From the NCBI RefSeq assembly GCF_009914755.1, contig NC_060928.1: 64,000 bases of DNA; one strand, 5' to 3'. The notes beneath the pieces were generated by a model that saw nothing but the letters and a program-made list of their open reading frames with translations, searched no databases and was not told the origin of the DNA. Origin of the DNA: the human T2T-CHM13v2.0 reference genome, Homo sapiens. The translations under genes were made by a program, and so were the position numbers. Shown in pieces: positions 12,695 through 27,802 of the stretch (position 1 is its first letter; each line of letters starts with the position of its first letter).

Positions 12695-14994
12695 TTTGCA
12701 AGAATTCCTCTTCTACAAACTTTCTATAACTTTCTCATATGTATTCAATTTTATGTTCTGTACTTTTCCTTTTTCTTATTTTGAAACAACCAGTCATTTC
12801 ATTTTAAGAAAAAGTTACTCTCTTTTTCCCCTCATAAAACAGAACAATTTCACACGTTCTACCTTTTTCTTAACAAAAAACACATCATACTTTTCTTGCA
12901 TATTTGCATATAGATAATTTTTAAAATTATTTCTAGTAATATTCGTTAAATATGTTATAGAATTTTTAACCCTTAGTGACCTTAATTTCCAGTCAATGCT
13001 TGGAAGCAAGCAATTATGAACTGTCTGTCACACCAGAAATCCACAGATTGACAAATCTATCTATGAACCATAATTTCTAGATGCATACTCTTTCTCATAG
13101 TAAAATTTGTCAGTGTGGCAAAGAACATGTTTACTATGTTTAGTCTCTCTGTAATAAGAACCTGTAGAGGAGGAACTTTTTTTTAGGGTTTTCTTTAGCT
13201 AGATGATAATTAAATAATTTATTTATGTATTTTTCTCAACTTTCCTCTTTACAATAAAAATAGTAAAACCTTCTCGTATAGGGAGGACATCATTCATACA
13301 GAAATTCTATCTTACATCTATTTACCTCACTTGTTTTTCAACAAATATGCTTGAGTTGCTCATGAAAATGAGACATTATCAGCTAGCCAGTAACAAAAGC
13401 TATTTTTCTTGCTGACAAATTTTGCAATATAGAGATAACAAAAGCTTAATTTACCACTAGGCCTAGATAGGAAATCATGTGTCTGTATTATATTTAATGC
13501 TGACCAATCTGAAGATATGCCTGTTTTAATCAAACCAATAGTATCTCTATTTACCAAAGATTACCCAAGTCATGTAAACTTGAAAAGAATTTGATTTATA
13601 CCTTATTTTTCTGAGAGAATACTTAACTTATGTAAGTGCACATTTTAAGGCAATTAAATAGAGTGTTTTTTACAGTTTACAATTTTCAATATCATAGAGA
13701 GAAAAACAAAATCACACGAATATGTCATACATACAGTTATATAAAAACATTTACACCGAAACAAATCTTACAGCTTTCATTCTAAAAGTTTAGCCGTGTG
13801 CCAGATACTGTAATACAAGCATTTTGTAGGCTTGTACTCAGCATATAAAGGAGAGGTTTTATCATCAGAAACAGGTTCAATCTTTTTTTGTTTTCAGGAT
13901 TGAATGACAGACCAATCATGTTTTTTTGTTTGTTTTTGTTTTTGAAAGAGTTTTGGGGCATAGCAAAGATCATGACAACAAAAAAGAAGTAGACAGAGTT
14001 GGTAGAAGATTTAGTCATAAGTGGTTTGAGAAAAGGGGTTTTAGTTGACTGAAGGGTTCCCATAGGAGAAACAGTATCAAATAGAGATAAGAGAAAGGAC
14101 TAATTATTAGAAAAAAAAAAAAATATATATATATATATATATTTTGTTGTTGTTGTTGTTGTTTAATGGGCCAAGTGTCAATTGAGTTCAGACATGTAGA
14201 CTTTTTGGACTTGATTTGAAACCCCATAAAAAATCTTTTTTTCCTTTCTGAGAAATTAGTCGATTATTGTCTTAGAAGTAAAGCCTTTGGCTATTTCCTC
14301 CAGTAGGAAAAGAATCCAAGCCAAAGGGATGGTCTATCAGATGGCAGGTTTAAAAATGAATCATTTCTTTTCCAATGGCTGGGCTATTTCCAAAAAAGGC
14401 AGACATTTCAGGACACTGGATTTATTAGTTTGGGCTACCTTGGTTTGGGTTTAAAGAGGAGGTCCTCATGGTCCCTGTATCTATTGTAGTTTTTTTGTAA
14501 GAAGTCCCCCTTCCCATGACCACTGTAGCTTTTAAGTTACCTTTGGGAAGGCTACCCCATTTTTCTAGAAAAGCATGGGTTTTGAATCAATAGCTCTTGT
14601 ACTTGAAATTGGCTGAAGCTCTACATAGAGAAGTTCTAGACTCTTTGGGCCCAGATGAAGCCACAATTCCCTGTCTTCTAGTAGCCTTGACTACCTATTG
14701 AACCCAGTCCAGTCTCTCTTGGACCTACTCAGACACTGAAGGCCTCCCTAAAAGACCTAGTTATATTTCTGTTGCAATATATGAACCTAAAAAGTATAAA
14801 AATGTTTAAATAAACTCAGAGAGCTGATAATACAGGTTTGTGCAGCTTGAATCTGAGACAGATCTCATTCACAACCTCTAAGTGCTGCGAGAGAGCAGTG
14901 GACACTATATTTCCAGCAGGTACCTTGACTTGGTCACTCGCTGCTCCTGGGGATGGCTGGAGGTCTATTCTAGATCCCACTTCTGATTCGAAAC
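12695..14994 (-). mobile_element. ERV1 (MER4-group, MER57-int-like) 5' internal sequence
   Basis: MER4-group internal motifs such as TATTTACCAAAGATTACCCAAGTCATGTAAACTTGAAAAG; abuts the LTR through a PBS remnant. Confidence 0.7.
14973..14990 (-). other. Degenerate retroviral primer-binding site (tRNA-Leu type)
   Basis: GATCCCACTTCTGA is the reverse complement of TCAGAAGTGGGATC, the core of the Leu PBS TGGTGTCAGAAGTGGGAT; it is adjacent to the LTR end. Confidence 0.7.
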
Positions 14995-15424
14995 TATTAA
15001 AACAAAAACTGTAGACAACTAAATTTAGGAGAGTTTATTTAATGACAAAAATTCATAAACAGGCATCACTCCGAACCAGAACAGATTCAGAGAGCTCCAC
15101 CCAGCAATGGGCAGGCAGTATTTATATACTTAAAAGGAATGTGGTGACATAGAGAAACCACTTGGTTCATTACAGCTCAGCCCTTGGTTTATTTGGGCAT
15201 GGTGTGATGTTGTATATGCTTTGTATGACATGGTCTGATCAGTTGGTAGCCATTAATTGGCTGAAGTTTGGTTGCTATGATCGGCTGAGACTCAGCTACT
15301 TGTTAGGAGAATAGACTCCTAAATTACATTGCAGTTTGTTTACGTAGTATGTTAAATTGCAATTTGTTACATATGGTTTCAAAGTACAGAGAAATCGTTA
15401 GGCTAAATATAATGTAATGTGCCA
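14995..15424 (-). mobile_element. MER57/MER93-family ERV1 5' LTR
   Basis: AAAACTGTAGACAACTAAATTT...GAACCAGAACAGATTCAGAGAGCTCCACCCAGC...ATTGGCTGAAG...TTAGGCTAAA. Confidence 0.8.
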
Positions 15425-15479
15425 ATTTATGTTATTACAATGCTAAGAATGACGAATACCATCAATAGATATTTAAAAC

Positions 15480-16240
15480 AGTGAACTAATATAACACTCT
15501 CAGAAACTGATTGTGGAATTCTAAATTAAACAAAAACACCTTGAACAAAATTTCCTGTTATTTATTTATACCTTAAATATAAACATAACATAGAATCCAA
15601 CAGTTCTACAGTTAATTATGTACACTCAATTAACTCTTCACCTGTGCACAAATATCACTATTACATTGAAAAAAAAGCAAGTCTTACAAGATACATACAG
15701 CATAATTATATAAATACAAAGTTTAGAGGCAAGACAAATAAAGCACACATATCCTAGATATAGAATGAAACTAATATTTAAAAGGAATTGAGAAACACAT
15801 TATGTAGAATAAGAGTTATCTTTTGAAGAGAGGATGGTATGAGAAACACTAGCATCATTTAAAATATTGGCAACACTTTATGTCTTAACTTAAATAATGG
15901 GTAAAATTTGTTTTGTCAGTTACTATAGAAAATCTCTACAAACCATTCAAAGATAAATGACATATATGGAAAAAATACTATATATGTGTATACACACACA
16001 CATACATATATATGACAAACTTTTATATTCTTTACCATCCTAAAGATCATATAGGTCAATAAGAAAGAGCTGAATCTCTAGAAATAGCAAAGGTCTGAAG
16101 GCAAAGATATGTACTGCTTTAAAAAGAAATATAAAAGGCCAATAAATGTTCAAAAAAACTTTATAAAATTCTGCTACGGGAAATGTATTATTTTGAAATC
16201 CTGACAAAACTGAGCAAAGATCATGCCTCTCACACATGTT
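15480..16240 (+). mobile_element. L1ME-type 3' fragments
   Basis: Degenerate old L1 3'-end motifs (AAAAAAAGCAAGTCTTACAAGATACATACAGCATAATT). Confidence 0.5.
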
Positions 16241-16276
16241 CGCTCTCTTTCACCACCTTATATATACCCTTTCCCT

Positions 16277-16366
16277 GTCTCTGGCTCTGGCTCTGGCTCT
16301 CTGTCTCTGTCTCTCTCTCTCTGTCTCACAGACACACACACACATGCACACACACACAGACACACA
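16277..16366. repeat. Compound microsatellite (CTCTGG)n-(CT)n-(CA)n
   Basis: Seen directly. Confidence 0.95.
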
Positions 16367-16500
16367 GGAACCCAAAGAAAGGAGAACAATAACAATATGT
16401 CTAATAAAAATATTGGAAGTACTCTAAATATTTATTGTCAGGGAATTGTTTCAATAAAATATGAGACAATGCAATATATTATTTTGAGGACTTAAAAAAA

Positions 16501-17640
16501 CAGTTTTATTGACAAAGACTTCATGTACCATAAAATTCAATCTTGTAAACTGTGAAATTCTGTAGAATTTAGTATATTCAGAGTTTTGCAACCATCATTA
16601 CTATCTAATTTTAGAACATTTTCATCACTTTAAAAAAGAAACTCCATACTACTTTGCACTCACTTATTCCCCCCTCTCCCCAGGTGCTGGCAACCAATAA
16701 GTTACCTTATGTCTCTATAAATTTTCCTATTCTGTATATTTTGTATAAATAGAATTATACAATATGTGGCCTTTGTGGTTGACTTATTTCATTTAGCTTA
16801 ATGTAATCAACATTCATTCATGTTGTAGTATGAATAAATACTTCATTCTTTTTATTGCCAAATAATATTGCATTCTATAGATATATTGAATTTTATCTTT
16901 TCATCATTTTCTGAAAACTTGTGTTTTTTTCTACAATTTGCTTATTATCAATAACAATGCCATAGACATTTATGTCTAAATTTTTGTCTGCATAGATGTT
17001 TCAATTCTCTTGGATACATAATAGGAAGTGGAATTGCAGAGTCCTGTCATAACTCTGTTTAGGGAAGAACTTTCAAACTGTTTCACAAACCACTCGAATG
17101 ATTTTATGTTTCTACCAACAATGTATAATTATTTTAAGCTCTCCATGTACTTACTAACACTTTTCATTTTCTACCTTTGGATTATAGTCGTCATAGTATG
17201 TAATGTATCACCTTTGGTTTTCATTTGCAATTTCATAATCACAAATAATGTTGGGCATATTTTCATGTTTACTTTGGCTATTTGTATATCTTCTTTAAAT
17301 ATTTATTGTAATTATTTGCACAATTTTAATTGGTATATTGTCTTTTAATTATTTAGGTTTAAGTGTTGTTTATATATTTTAATGCAAGTCTTTTTTTTAG
17401 ATAAATAATTTGCAGTTATTTTCTCCCATTCTGTGCTTGTTTTTTCACTTTTTAATTGTGTTATTAAAAACTCATATTTTTATTTGTATAGAGTCCAATT
17501 TATCTATTTAAATATAATTGAAGATATTTCTTTCCATTTTGTAGATTGTCTTTTCACTTTTTAACAGCATACTTAGAAGCACTTATGTTTTTCATTTGTA
17601 TTTAATTTAATTAATTTAGTTTTTCTTTTGTTTCTTGTTC
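16501..17640 (-). mobile_element. L1MB 3' end
   Basis: CAGTTTTATTGA...TTTAGTATATTCAGAGTTTTGCAACCATCATTACTATCTAATTTTAGAACATTTTCATCAC...CTGGCAACCA. Confidence 0.88.
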
Positions 17641-18316
17641 ATGTAATGTGATATGCTTTGATAAGCAAAGAAGTCTCCAGTTTATTTGTGGCTGCAAAAT
17701 ACAAGTTACAACATATTTAAATAAACATACAGGGTAAAAAAAGAAAAGCTTTTTATAGGTAAGCATAGAGGAAGCTTTTATGACATTGTAGTAGAATATT
17801 CTTAAACAGTACACTCAGAAAATGCCTAACATCAAATTCAATTCATTGAACTGTATTAAAATTTAAAACTGCTACGCAAGAGGTACCATTAGGAAATGAA
17901 AAATGAAATCACTAGAATGGGAGAAGATATTTGCATCACATGTAATCAATAAGAGGCAGATAATAAAAATATGTAAGGGATTTCTACAAATTCTTTGTCA
18001 AAATATGGACAATTCAATGGTATAATGAGAGAGAAAAGTGACCAGGAACTTTATAACATAGAGTATAAAAAAGGTCAACAAGCACAAAGAAATGTAGTGA
18101 AAAATATACAACTCCACCACACACCCATCAGAATGACATAAAAATAAAAGAAAACCTATAAAGCAAGGATGTGTTGATATCAGAACTCTCATATGTTGAT
18201 GAAAAGAGGAAATTTGTAGAATCATTTTGGGAGAATATTAGGTATTATGTACTAAAGCTGAACATACACAAACTGTGACTCAGAATTTTCATTTGTAGGT
18301 ATAGAGCCATCAGAAC

Positions 18317-18319
<3 letters not shown>

Positions 18320-18396
<77 letters not shown>

Positions 18397-18448
18397 ACAC
18401 ACATATATATACACACACACATATATATATAGCATATATATATATATA
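18320..18448. repeat. (TA)~20-(CA)n compound microsatellite
   Basis: Seen directly. Confidence 0.97.
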
Positions 18449-18670
18449 ACAACACAATAAATGGAAAATATGGATGCATAAATCATAGTATAATCACATA
18501 CTGGAATATTATGAGGTAATGAGAGTTAATGATCTACAACTACATTTGGCTATGTATATATATCACAAACATGCAGGTGAGATAAAGCAGCCCCATCAAA
18601 AAAGAGTACACTTTCTATAATTTCATTTATATAAAGTACAATGCAATTCCAGGTAATATAGTCAGTAAGA

Positions 18671-19198
18671 CTGTAGTCTCCAACATTTTTGACACCGGGG
18701 ACTGGTTTTGTAGAAGACAGTTTTCCCACAGACTGGTGGTATGGTGGGGATGGTATCAGGATGATTCAAGCACATTACATTTATTGTGTACTTCATTTAT
18801 ATTATTAATATGTTATTATATATAATGAAATAATTATACAGCTCACCGTAATGTAGAAATCAGTGGGAGCCCTGAGCTTGTTTACATGCAACTAGATGGT
18901 CCCATCTGGGAGTGATGGGAGACAGTAACAGATCATCAGACATTAGATTTTCATAAGGAACTCACAACCTAGATCCCTCACATGCGCAGTTCACAATAGG
19001 GTTTGCACTCCTATGAGAATCTAATGCTGCCACTGATCTGACAGGAGGCAGAGCTCAGGCAGTGATGTGAGTGACGGGAGTAGCTGTAAATACAGATGAA
19101 GCTTCTAACTTGCTTGCTGCTCACCACCTGCTGTGTGGCCTGGTTCCTATAGCCCACAGACCCATACCAGTCCATGGCCTGGGGCTTGGGGACCGTTG
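18671..19198 (+). mobile_element. MER1A (hAT-Charlie) with 8-bp TSD
   Basis: GTCTCCAACATTTTTGACACCGGGGACTGG...CAGTGGGAGCCCTGAGCTTG...GGGGCTTGGGGACC; ~528 bp; flanks CAGTAAGA / CTATAAGA. Confidence 0.9.
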
Positions 19199-19251
19199 CT
19201 ATAAGAAGTCAGAAATAGTGGTTCCCTAGGAAGGGGGTGAGGTAGTAGCTT

Positions 19252-19655
19252 TGAAACTGACCCAGTAGTCCCATAACTACATTTTTTTTAAAGATAAACA
19301 TAGAAATTGATCCTTCTAGTCTTAAAACTTCAAACTTATATTTATTTTATGTGAGTTCATTCCTCAGGAAGGGATCATCAGGCTTCCCCCCCACCAAAAA
19401 AAAAAAAAAAATCAAAGAACTGAAACTCACCATATCACATCCAGAAAATGAGATGCCAGACCTCTCATTCATTATAATGCTTCCCATCAATTTCTAGTTT
19501 TAGTCACGAAGATGGATTTGAGACTGAGGTCCCATCTCCTCAGCTGCAGCACCCAAATAAAGCCTTCTTCCTTGGTAATACTTGCCATCTCAGTCATTGT
19601 CTTTCTGTGTGGTGAGCAGTAGGAACTAGACCCAATCCCTGGTGTTTCAGTCACA
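19252..19655 (+). mobile_element. Solo LTR (LTR47-like)
   Basis: TGAAACTGACCCAGTAGTCCCATA...AATAAAGCCTTCTTCC...GGTGTTTCAGTCACA; TG..CA ends; 4-bp TSD GCTT. Confidence 0.85.
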
Positions 19656-20199
19656 GCTTGAAAGAAACACAGGAAGGCTACCCGTATGCTAGCAGTATCT
19701 CTCTCATGATTGGGGTTTTCATTTCATAACTGCTCCTTGTAATTTGTGCAAATTTCTTGAACTATATATACTTAGGTTCTGTTTTCTATAACGTGCTTAA
19801 AAAGTCTTGTTGTAGAATTAAATATTAGCATTATTAATCTAATTATCATATATATTATATACATATATGTGTGTATACTTCTATCTATAATAATATATCC
19901 AAATACTGTGATTACCTCTGAGAAGTAGTATAGAAAAAGTATTGTGGGAAGCCTTCAATTTTTCCTTTTTTTCTTTTACTTTGATAGAATATAAATTTCA
20001 CTGTAATGTTAAACCACAATTTTAATACTATAATATACTGCAATTGAAATATAATACAATTAATGATTTCACAAAGTTATAAAAATGTCAGCAGGTGAAC
20101 ATTTCATTCAAGGTTTTACCACCTGTGCTCTGCTGGACCACTAAATTTGTTTCTTTAATAGTTCCTCCCTACAATGCTTCTTTCACTAATTCTCTCCAT

Positions 20200-20503
20200 A
20201 TGGCTTCGTAAGTTTGGGCTGTTATAACAAATTACCGTAGATTAGAAGTCTGAGACAAGGATGCCAGTATGGTGAGGTTATGGTGAGGGCAGATAACCAT
20301 CTTTTTATATCTTCATGGAGCCAAAAAAGGGCTAGCAGCTCTCTGGGGTCTCTTCTACAAAGTCATTAATCCCATTCATAAAAGCTTCACTCTTATGACT
20401 TAATCATCTCCCAAAGATCCTACCTCCTAATATCATCATCTTAGGAGTTAGGACTTCAGTATATGAATTGGGGTTGGAGGACACAAACTTTCAGACCATA
20501 ACA
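20200..20503 (-). mobile_element. MLT1A-type MaLR LTR
   Basis: GGGCTGTTATAACAAATTACC...TAATCCCATTCAT...GACACAAACTTTCAGACCATAACA. Confidence 0.85.
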
Positions 20504-20797
20504 CTGTGTTATTGCTATTACTCCTTTTCTCATGTTAAAAATATGGCAAACAAATTTAAATCTAAATCACTCACAATACTACCACTTAATATACTTTTCA
20601 ATATAGTATATTGACTTTTGTTTATATACTTACTCCAAAGTTGCAATCATAGTCTATATATCCATTAGAAATTTATTCTAACTTGAATTCATTTTTTATG
20701 TTTGTGTATGAAATTCAAAATTCCATCTTCATTACTTCATATTATTTGAACTAGCAAATATGCCAGAGCATAAACATTTGTTTAATATTGGTCATTT

Positions 20798-21507
20798 TGT
20801 AACCACCTGATGAATAAAGCCAATTGTACTGAAAACAATAGGTATTGCAGCAAGGAGAGTTTTATTATCACAGTGTTAGCCAAGCAAAGAGAACAAGGAG
20901 AAACTTCCCAAACCCATTTATATCTGAGAATTTGTAAGCTAGGGCTTTTTAAGGGTGCTTTGGCAGCCAGGGTACAGGGAAACTGAAACGATTGCTGAAA
21001 TCACAGGGGTGTCTAAAGCTGTTTTTGCTTAACTAAGTCAGATCCTGGCAGAGTCCCCCAAAACCAGGTGGTGGCTCTTGGTCTGCCAAAGTGCTAAGTC
21101 TGAAATATCTCAAAGACCAGTTCTTTAGGTTTCACAATGATGATGTTATCTATTGAAGTAGGTGGGGGAATTAAAAATCTTGCGACCCACAGTTATGTGA
21201 CTCTGTGGTAGTAAACAACTGATAGGAAAACAAGCTAAGTGATGCCAGGTCATTGTTAAACTATGCCTATTCTTTAGCAAAGTTTAAGCTCCTATCACAC
21301 ATTTATCCTTGCCTTATGAATGCAGAGTTTTCTAACAAGGAGTTTTCCTTGCCTCACACTTTAACTACAAATTCAATTATTCTCATAGTAATCTTGGCCT
21401 CTGTGTTAGCAAAACAACCTATTTAAAAGCCTTTAAGGTTAGAAACAAGATGGAGTCAATCATGTTAGATTTCTCTCATTATTTATAATTCTGGAAAGGC
21501 AGTTTCA
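20798..21507 (-). mobile_element. Solo ERV1 LTR (LTR8-like)
   Basis: TGTAACCACC...GAAACAAGATGGAGTCAATCATGTTAGATTTCTC...AAAGGCAGTTTCA; perfect 4-bp TSD ATTT at 20794-20797 and 21508-21511. Confidence 0.85.
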
Positions 21508-21517
21508 ATTTTGGCCA

Positions 21518-21628
21518 CTTCCTTTGTTCCTTCCTTCTTCTTTTCTTCCTTCTTTCCTCCTTTCATTCTATTATTTCCCCTTTCCTTCCTTTTGTTATTT
21601 CTTCTTTTTCTGTCTTCCTTTTTTCTTT
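21518..21628. repeat. CT-rich low-complexity tract
   Basis: Seen directly. Confidence 0.8.
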
Positions 21629-22049
21629 TGTAGATATGTAGCAATGCTATAAATGTCTATCATCTAGGTAAATATATATTTCTATAATGAATTTTCACAT
21701 GAGAATAAAATGTTAGAGTCATATCTTAAAAGTAACAGGTCAAAAGGTATGTATATTCTTAGTTATCTTGAAGTATTGTTGCTTTTTAAATTTCCATCCA
21801 GCATTGTGCATTCAGTAGCATTTACTCATCGAAATTATTTTTTTTTTCACTATTCATAGGAAATTTACGCCCAAAGGATGTCCTTTTCACCTCAATCTTA
21901 GCCAGTCTCCAAACATTACTATTATCAACGGTATTATTATTACCATTTCCTTTCCTCCTACCTACCCTACCTTTAAAACATTACACCACAGACCCAGTCC
22001 CCTCTGCTGATCAAGAATTTGCAACCCACAATGCATTTTTCAATATCTC

Positions 22050-22300
22050 CACTTGTGCTCAATACATTTCCTTTGCCTGGAATGATTTTCCTCAATTATG
22101 TGGAATTCTTTCCATCCTCAACACCCATTTTTAGTTTTTCTCTAGACTGAAATATTTCCATTTCCTACAAGCCAGAATAATTAATATCACCTTCCATGCT
22201 ACTCTAATATTTATTATGTTGCTCTATGCCTAATTAATTAAATGTAATTTACAGGGTTCTTTGCATAATCTTTGGCCCACAATAAGTTCTCAATAAAAGT
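22050..22300 (+). mobile_element. L2 3' fragment
   Basis: TTCCTTTGCCTGGAATGATTTTCC...ACAATAAGTTCTCAATAAA. Confidence 0.5.
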
Positions 22301-23786
22301 AAAATAGGGAAACAATATATCATGTTGAATATTAAAAATAATAAATACAATACTGTTACAACTTATAAAAATATATTTTTCTCTATATTAATGTTGAAAT
22401 CATTAAAAATACAAATAATGTTTTATGTATTATTGCATATAGACATATATAGATATAGAAGCACACACATACACAAACACATGCGTATTTTGCAGAGTTT
22501 CTAGAATATAGGATATAATATTTTTTAAATTACATTGAAATAAAATGTAAGAATGCCCTTCTTTCCTCTTTCATAATATTGGAAATTTATTTTCCTAAAG
22601 GCTAAGTTTTAAGATAAAATTCTCTGTCAAGTGTTTCTTGAGTAAGTTCATTATGAATTTTTCCAGCCTGTGCCTCTAGCTTTGAATATATAAATTTATT
22701 ATCACGCTCAACACATTTGACAATAATAAGCAAATATGTTATATCTCTTTTGCTAATTGTGAGCAATCTTAAATCAAGTAGTTTTTATGTATTATATTTG
22801 GTGTCCTCATTCAAGCACAGTGCCTGACTTATACGAAGTTCTCAATAAACGTCATAAGAAAGATAAGGCAACAGATCTACTGCATTTAAAAAACACTTTT
22901 TAAGTGTCAACGCTTATCTATATTGTACAATTTTATAAATGTTTTGTACTTATGCATACATATATATTTATATATATGTATGTGCATATTTATGTATGCT
23001 ATATGTTAATTTCAAATAGTTTGAAAATGTGTTAAGGAAGCCATATGCTCATAGAATTTCATATAATTATCTCAGTATACATTAAACTCATAAGCAGAAA
23101 TGTTAACAATGTAAGACCGATTTTATATTCTATAATTTATTTAACTGTTTCTCACACACTTCCTGGTATAATTTAAACACAGTTATTCCTGAAAATATAA
23201 ATTTTCAGACTGACCAAATTAATACCTGATAAAAGTATGATAGATTTTAAATACATATTATTTTGTCTAAGATTATGTGCTATATATTTATTTTTGTCAT
23301 GAAGTTTTTTTAAGAACAGCAATACTTTTCCATTGAAAGTTAATTATAAATTTTTTATAATTAACTGAATCTATGATTTGTCAGAGTAATTTTTTATATG
23401 TAAAAATTAGGTGGCTTAGCTTTCTTTCACCAAATATATTCAAATACCTATACACAGAATAACTTAATTTGCAGCCTAAATAAAGAATACCTTTCTGAGT
23501 AAGTACAGATGCAGTTGTTGAAAGACTAAAGCTTGCAAAAATAATAATAATAGTGTTAATAACACTGCTTATACTGAACAATCAATTTGTTGTTAGAAAC
23601 TATGGGATCTGATACTGACTATATAATTGACATGCTCCATTTCCAGTAGGAATTCCAGGGTATTTTTGTTCATATCAGCTAAGGAGGAAATTCAAGAATA
23701 CTAAAAGCCAAAGAAAAGATATTGGCCTATTCTTTTTTTTCTTTTAAAAATATGTCAGTAAATTTTCAATGTGTCTAAAACTTTTT

Positions 23787-25225
<1,439 letters not shown>

Positions 25226-25727
25226 GATTACTAGTATTAAGAATAAAACTTCTCTTTTAAAATTAAAAAAAACAAAAACTTTCAAAAAATTTAGAAAAAT
25301 CAATAAAATTGAAAAAATAATTATAAGTTGTTCTTCACTGAAATTAATGTAATTCATTGAAAATATTTGTCACTGAATATGGACAAATTAAATACATGTT
25401 AGATACAGATAAGTACACATATAAGCCTACATATTTTAAAATATGGCATCTATTATTTTTAGAAATGCATATTTTTGAGATTTTTAAAATTAAATACTTA
25501 AATCTAACTAAACAACAATATATTCATAAAGCGAACCATCAAGAATAGTATATCTCTGTGCTTACCAGTCCCAGAGAACTGTCCCTCATCAATGTATAAG
25601 TTGTATAAGATTTTACTGTGTCAATTTTCCAATTAACTCTATTTAATTATTGGCTTTGTATTAATTATGCACTCTCTCTCTTAATTTAGCATGGGACATC
25701 AGCTTATACTTCATACTTATTATCTTG

Positions 25728-25840
25728 AATCTGAAATATATAGGGTGGGCCAGTAGGCTGAAAAGTCAGTTGTGATTTCCATGTTAAAGTATTGGGGCAG
25801 AATTCCTTCTTCTATGGGAAATCTCCATTTTTGTTCATCA
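25728..25840 (-). mobile_element. MLT2 LTR fragment
   Basis: CTGAAATATATAGGGTGGGCCAGTAGGCTG...GGCAGAATTCCTTCTTCTATGGGAAATCTCCATTTTTG. Confidence 0.6.
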
Positions 25841-25841
25841 G

Positions 25842-26815
25842 TTTTTTTTTATGATTATTATACTTTAAGTTCCAGGGTACAGGTGCATGATGTGTAGGTT
25901 TGTTACATATGTGTACATGTGCCATGTTAGTGTGCTGCACCCATTAACTCGTCATTTACATTGGGTATATCTCGTAATGCTTTCCCTCCCCACTCCCCCC
26001 ACACCACAACACGCCCTGGTGTGTGATGTTTGCCTTCCTGTGTCCAAGGGTTCTCATTGTTCAATTCCCACCTATGAGTGAGAACATGTGGTGTTTGGTT
26101 TTTTGTTCTTGTGATAGTTTGCTGAGAATGATGGTTTCCAGCTTCATCCATGTCCCTACAAAGGACATGAACTCATCATTTTTATGCCTGCGTAGTATTC
26201 CATGGTGTATATGTGCCACATTTTCTTAATCCAGTCTATCACTGATAGACATTTGGGTTGGTTCCAAGTCTTTGCTATTGTGAATAGTGCCGCAATAAAC
26301 ATACGTGTGCATGTGCCTTTATAGCAGCATGATTTATAATCCTCTGGGTATATACCCAGTAATGGGATGGCTGGGTCAAATGGTATTTCTAGTTCTAGAT
26401 CCTTGAGGAATTGCCACACTGTCTTCCACAATGGTTGAACTAGTTTACAGTCCCACCAACAGTGTAAAAGTGTTCCTATTTCTCCACATCCTCTCCAGCA
26501 CCTGTTGTTTCCTGACTTTTTAATGATCCCCATTCTAACTAGTGTGAGATGGTATCCCATTGTGGTTTTGATTTGCATTTCTCTGATGGCCAGTGATGAT
26601 GAGCATTTTTTCATGTGTGTTTTGGCTGAATAAATATCTCCTTTTGAGAAGTGTCTGTTCATATCCTTTGCCCAATTTTTGATGGGTTTGTTTGTTTTCT
26701 TGAAAATTTGTTTGAGTTCTTTGTAGATTCTGGATATTAACGTTTTGTCAGATGAGTAGGTTGCGAAAATATTCTCCCATTTTGTAGGTTGCCTGTTCAC
26801 TCTGATGGTAGTTTC
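25842..26815 (-). mobile_element. 5'-truncated L1PA (PA5-like) 3' end
   Basis: Poly(T) at 25842; antisense 3' UTR; ORF 26156-26863 encodes the ORF2 C-terminus from [10 protein letters not shown] onward. Confidence 0.95.
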
Positions 26816-27199
26816 ATTGAGTCGATTTGCAGAATAATGAATTGGGAAATATCTATAACACATGGAGTGATTTTTATGTTTATGTTAACCTTATATGCCA
26901 TTATTTCATATTCCAAGAAATGTGGGTGTATAATAGTTACTGGTATCGAAATACTTATTCCCAACAGACTTCAGTTTAATAACATTTATCTACTATTTCT
27001 TAAAATATTATGTTTTGCCAGATTACTTTATTGAATTTCATTTTAATTCTTCAAGTTTTCCCTGCTAATGTTTTCATGTGATGATAAACTGTAGAATTGA
27101 GAATCAAAGAATAAATTGCATAAACCAGATGTTTTAGTTTGTCAGATAAGTTCTGCTGGTCCACCAGAAGAAACAAAGCATTTTCCCTGACAAGAAGAC

Positions 27200-27240
27200 C
27201 AAGATGAAGATGAAGACGAAGATGAAGATGAAGAAAAAGA
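27200..27240. repeat. (GATGAA)n repeat
   Basis: Seen directly. Confidence 0.9.
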
Positions 27241-27802
27241 ATAAGAAAAGCAACTGTGGCTACTGGGTTGAAATTTTAGTAGTAATATTGTTGATAATAA
27301 CAACAATAATAAGAAGAATGAAAATGATAATTATTTTATTATAAGAGATTCTCACAGTCAGCGGCACAACTTTGCTCAAGCAAGTTGTAGTTCTAGAGTT
27401 TTCATCTGTGGATCTTAGTCTCTAAATTTCTAGGTTTATGGTGTTTGCATCTGGATCTTCTTGAGCTTTGTAGTTTTAGTTCATTGATTTGTTCTGTGGG
27501 GACTGTGGAGACACAGCCTTGATAACCTCCCTTGCTGTCCTGGGAATATAATAATGCTTTAAATGTGTACTTCTTGGCACACTCTTTATCTAATATCTGT
27601 GTGTTTTGTAGAGAAAAATGTAATACCTGATCCACCTTCTTGCCTGAGTCTCTATTATGCTCAGTGTGATAAATACAAACTTTATTGTATGTTATTATTT
27701 AATCACTGTGCATAAAATATTTCTCCTGAAGCTCCTATTTTTTAATGCTCCTTTTCTTTGTAAGCATACTTGCTATTCAATCTAATATTTCTGAATGTCT
27801 TC

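Larger units (their letters stand above)
17700..19800 (+). mobile_element. L1ME/MD 3' end carrying nested MER1A, LTR47-like and microsatellite insertions
   Basis: GAATGGGAGAAGATATTTGCA; TACTAAAGCTGAACATAC; AAAAGAGTACACTTTCTATAATTTCATTTATATAAAG; continues after each insertion. Confidence 0.7.
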
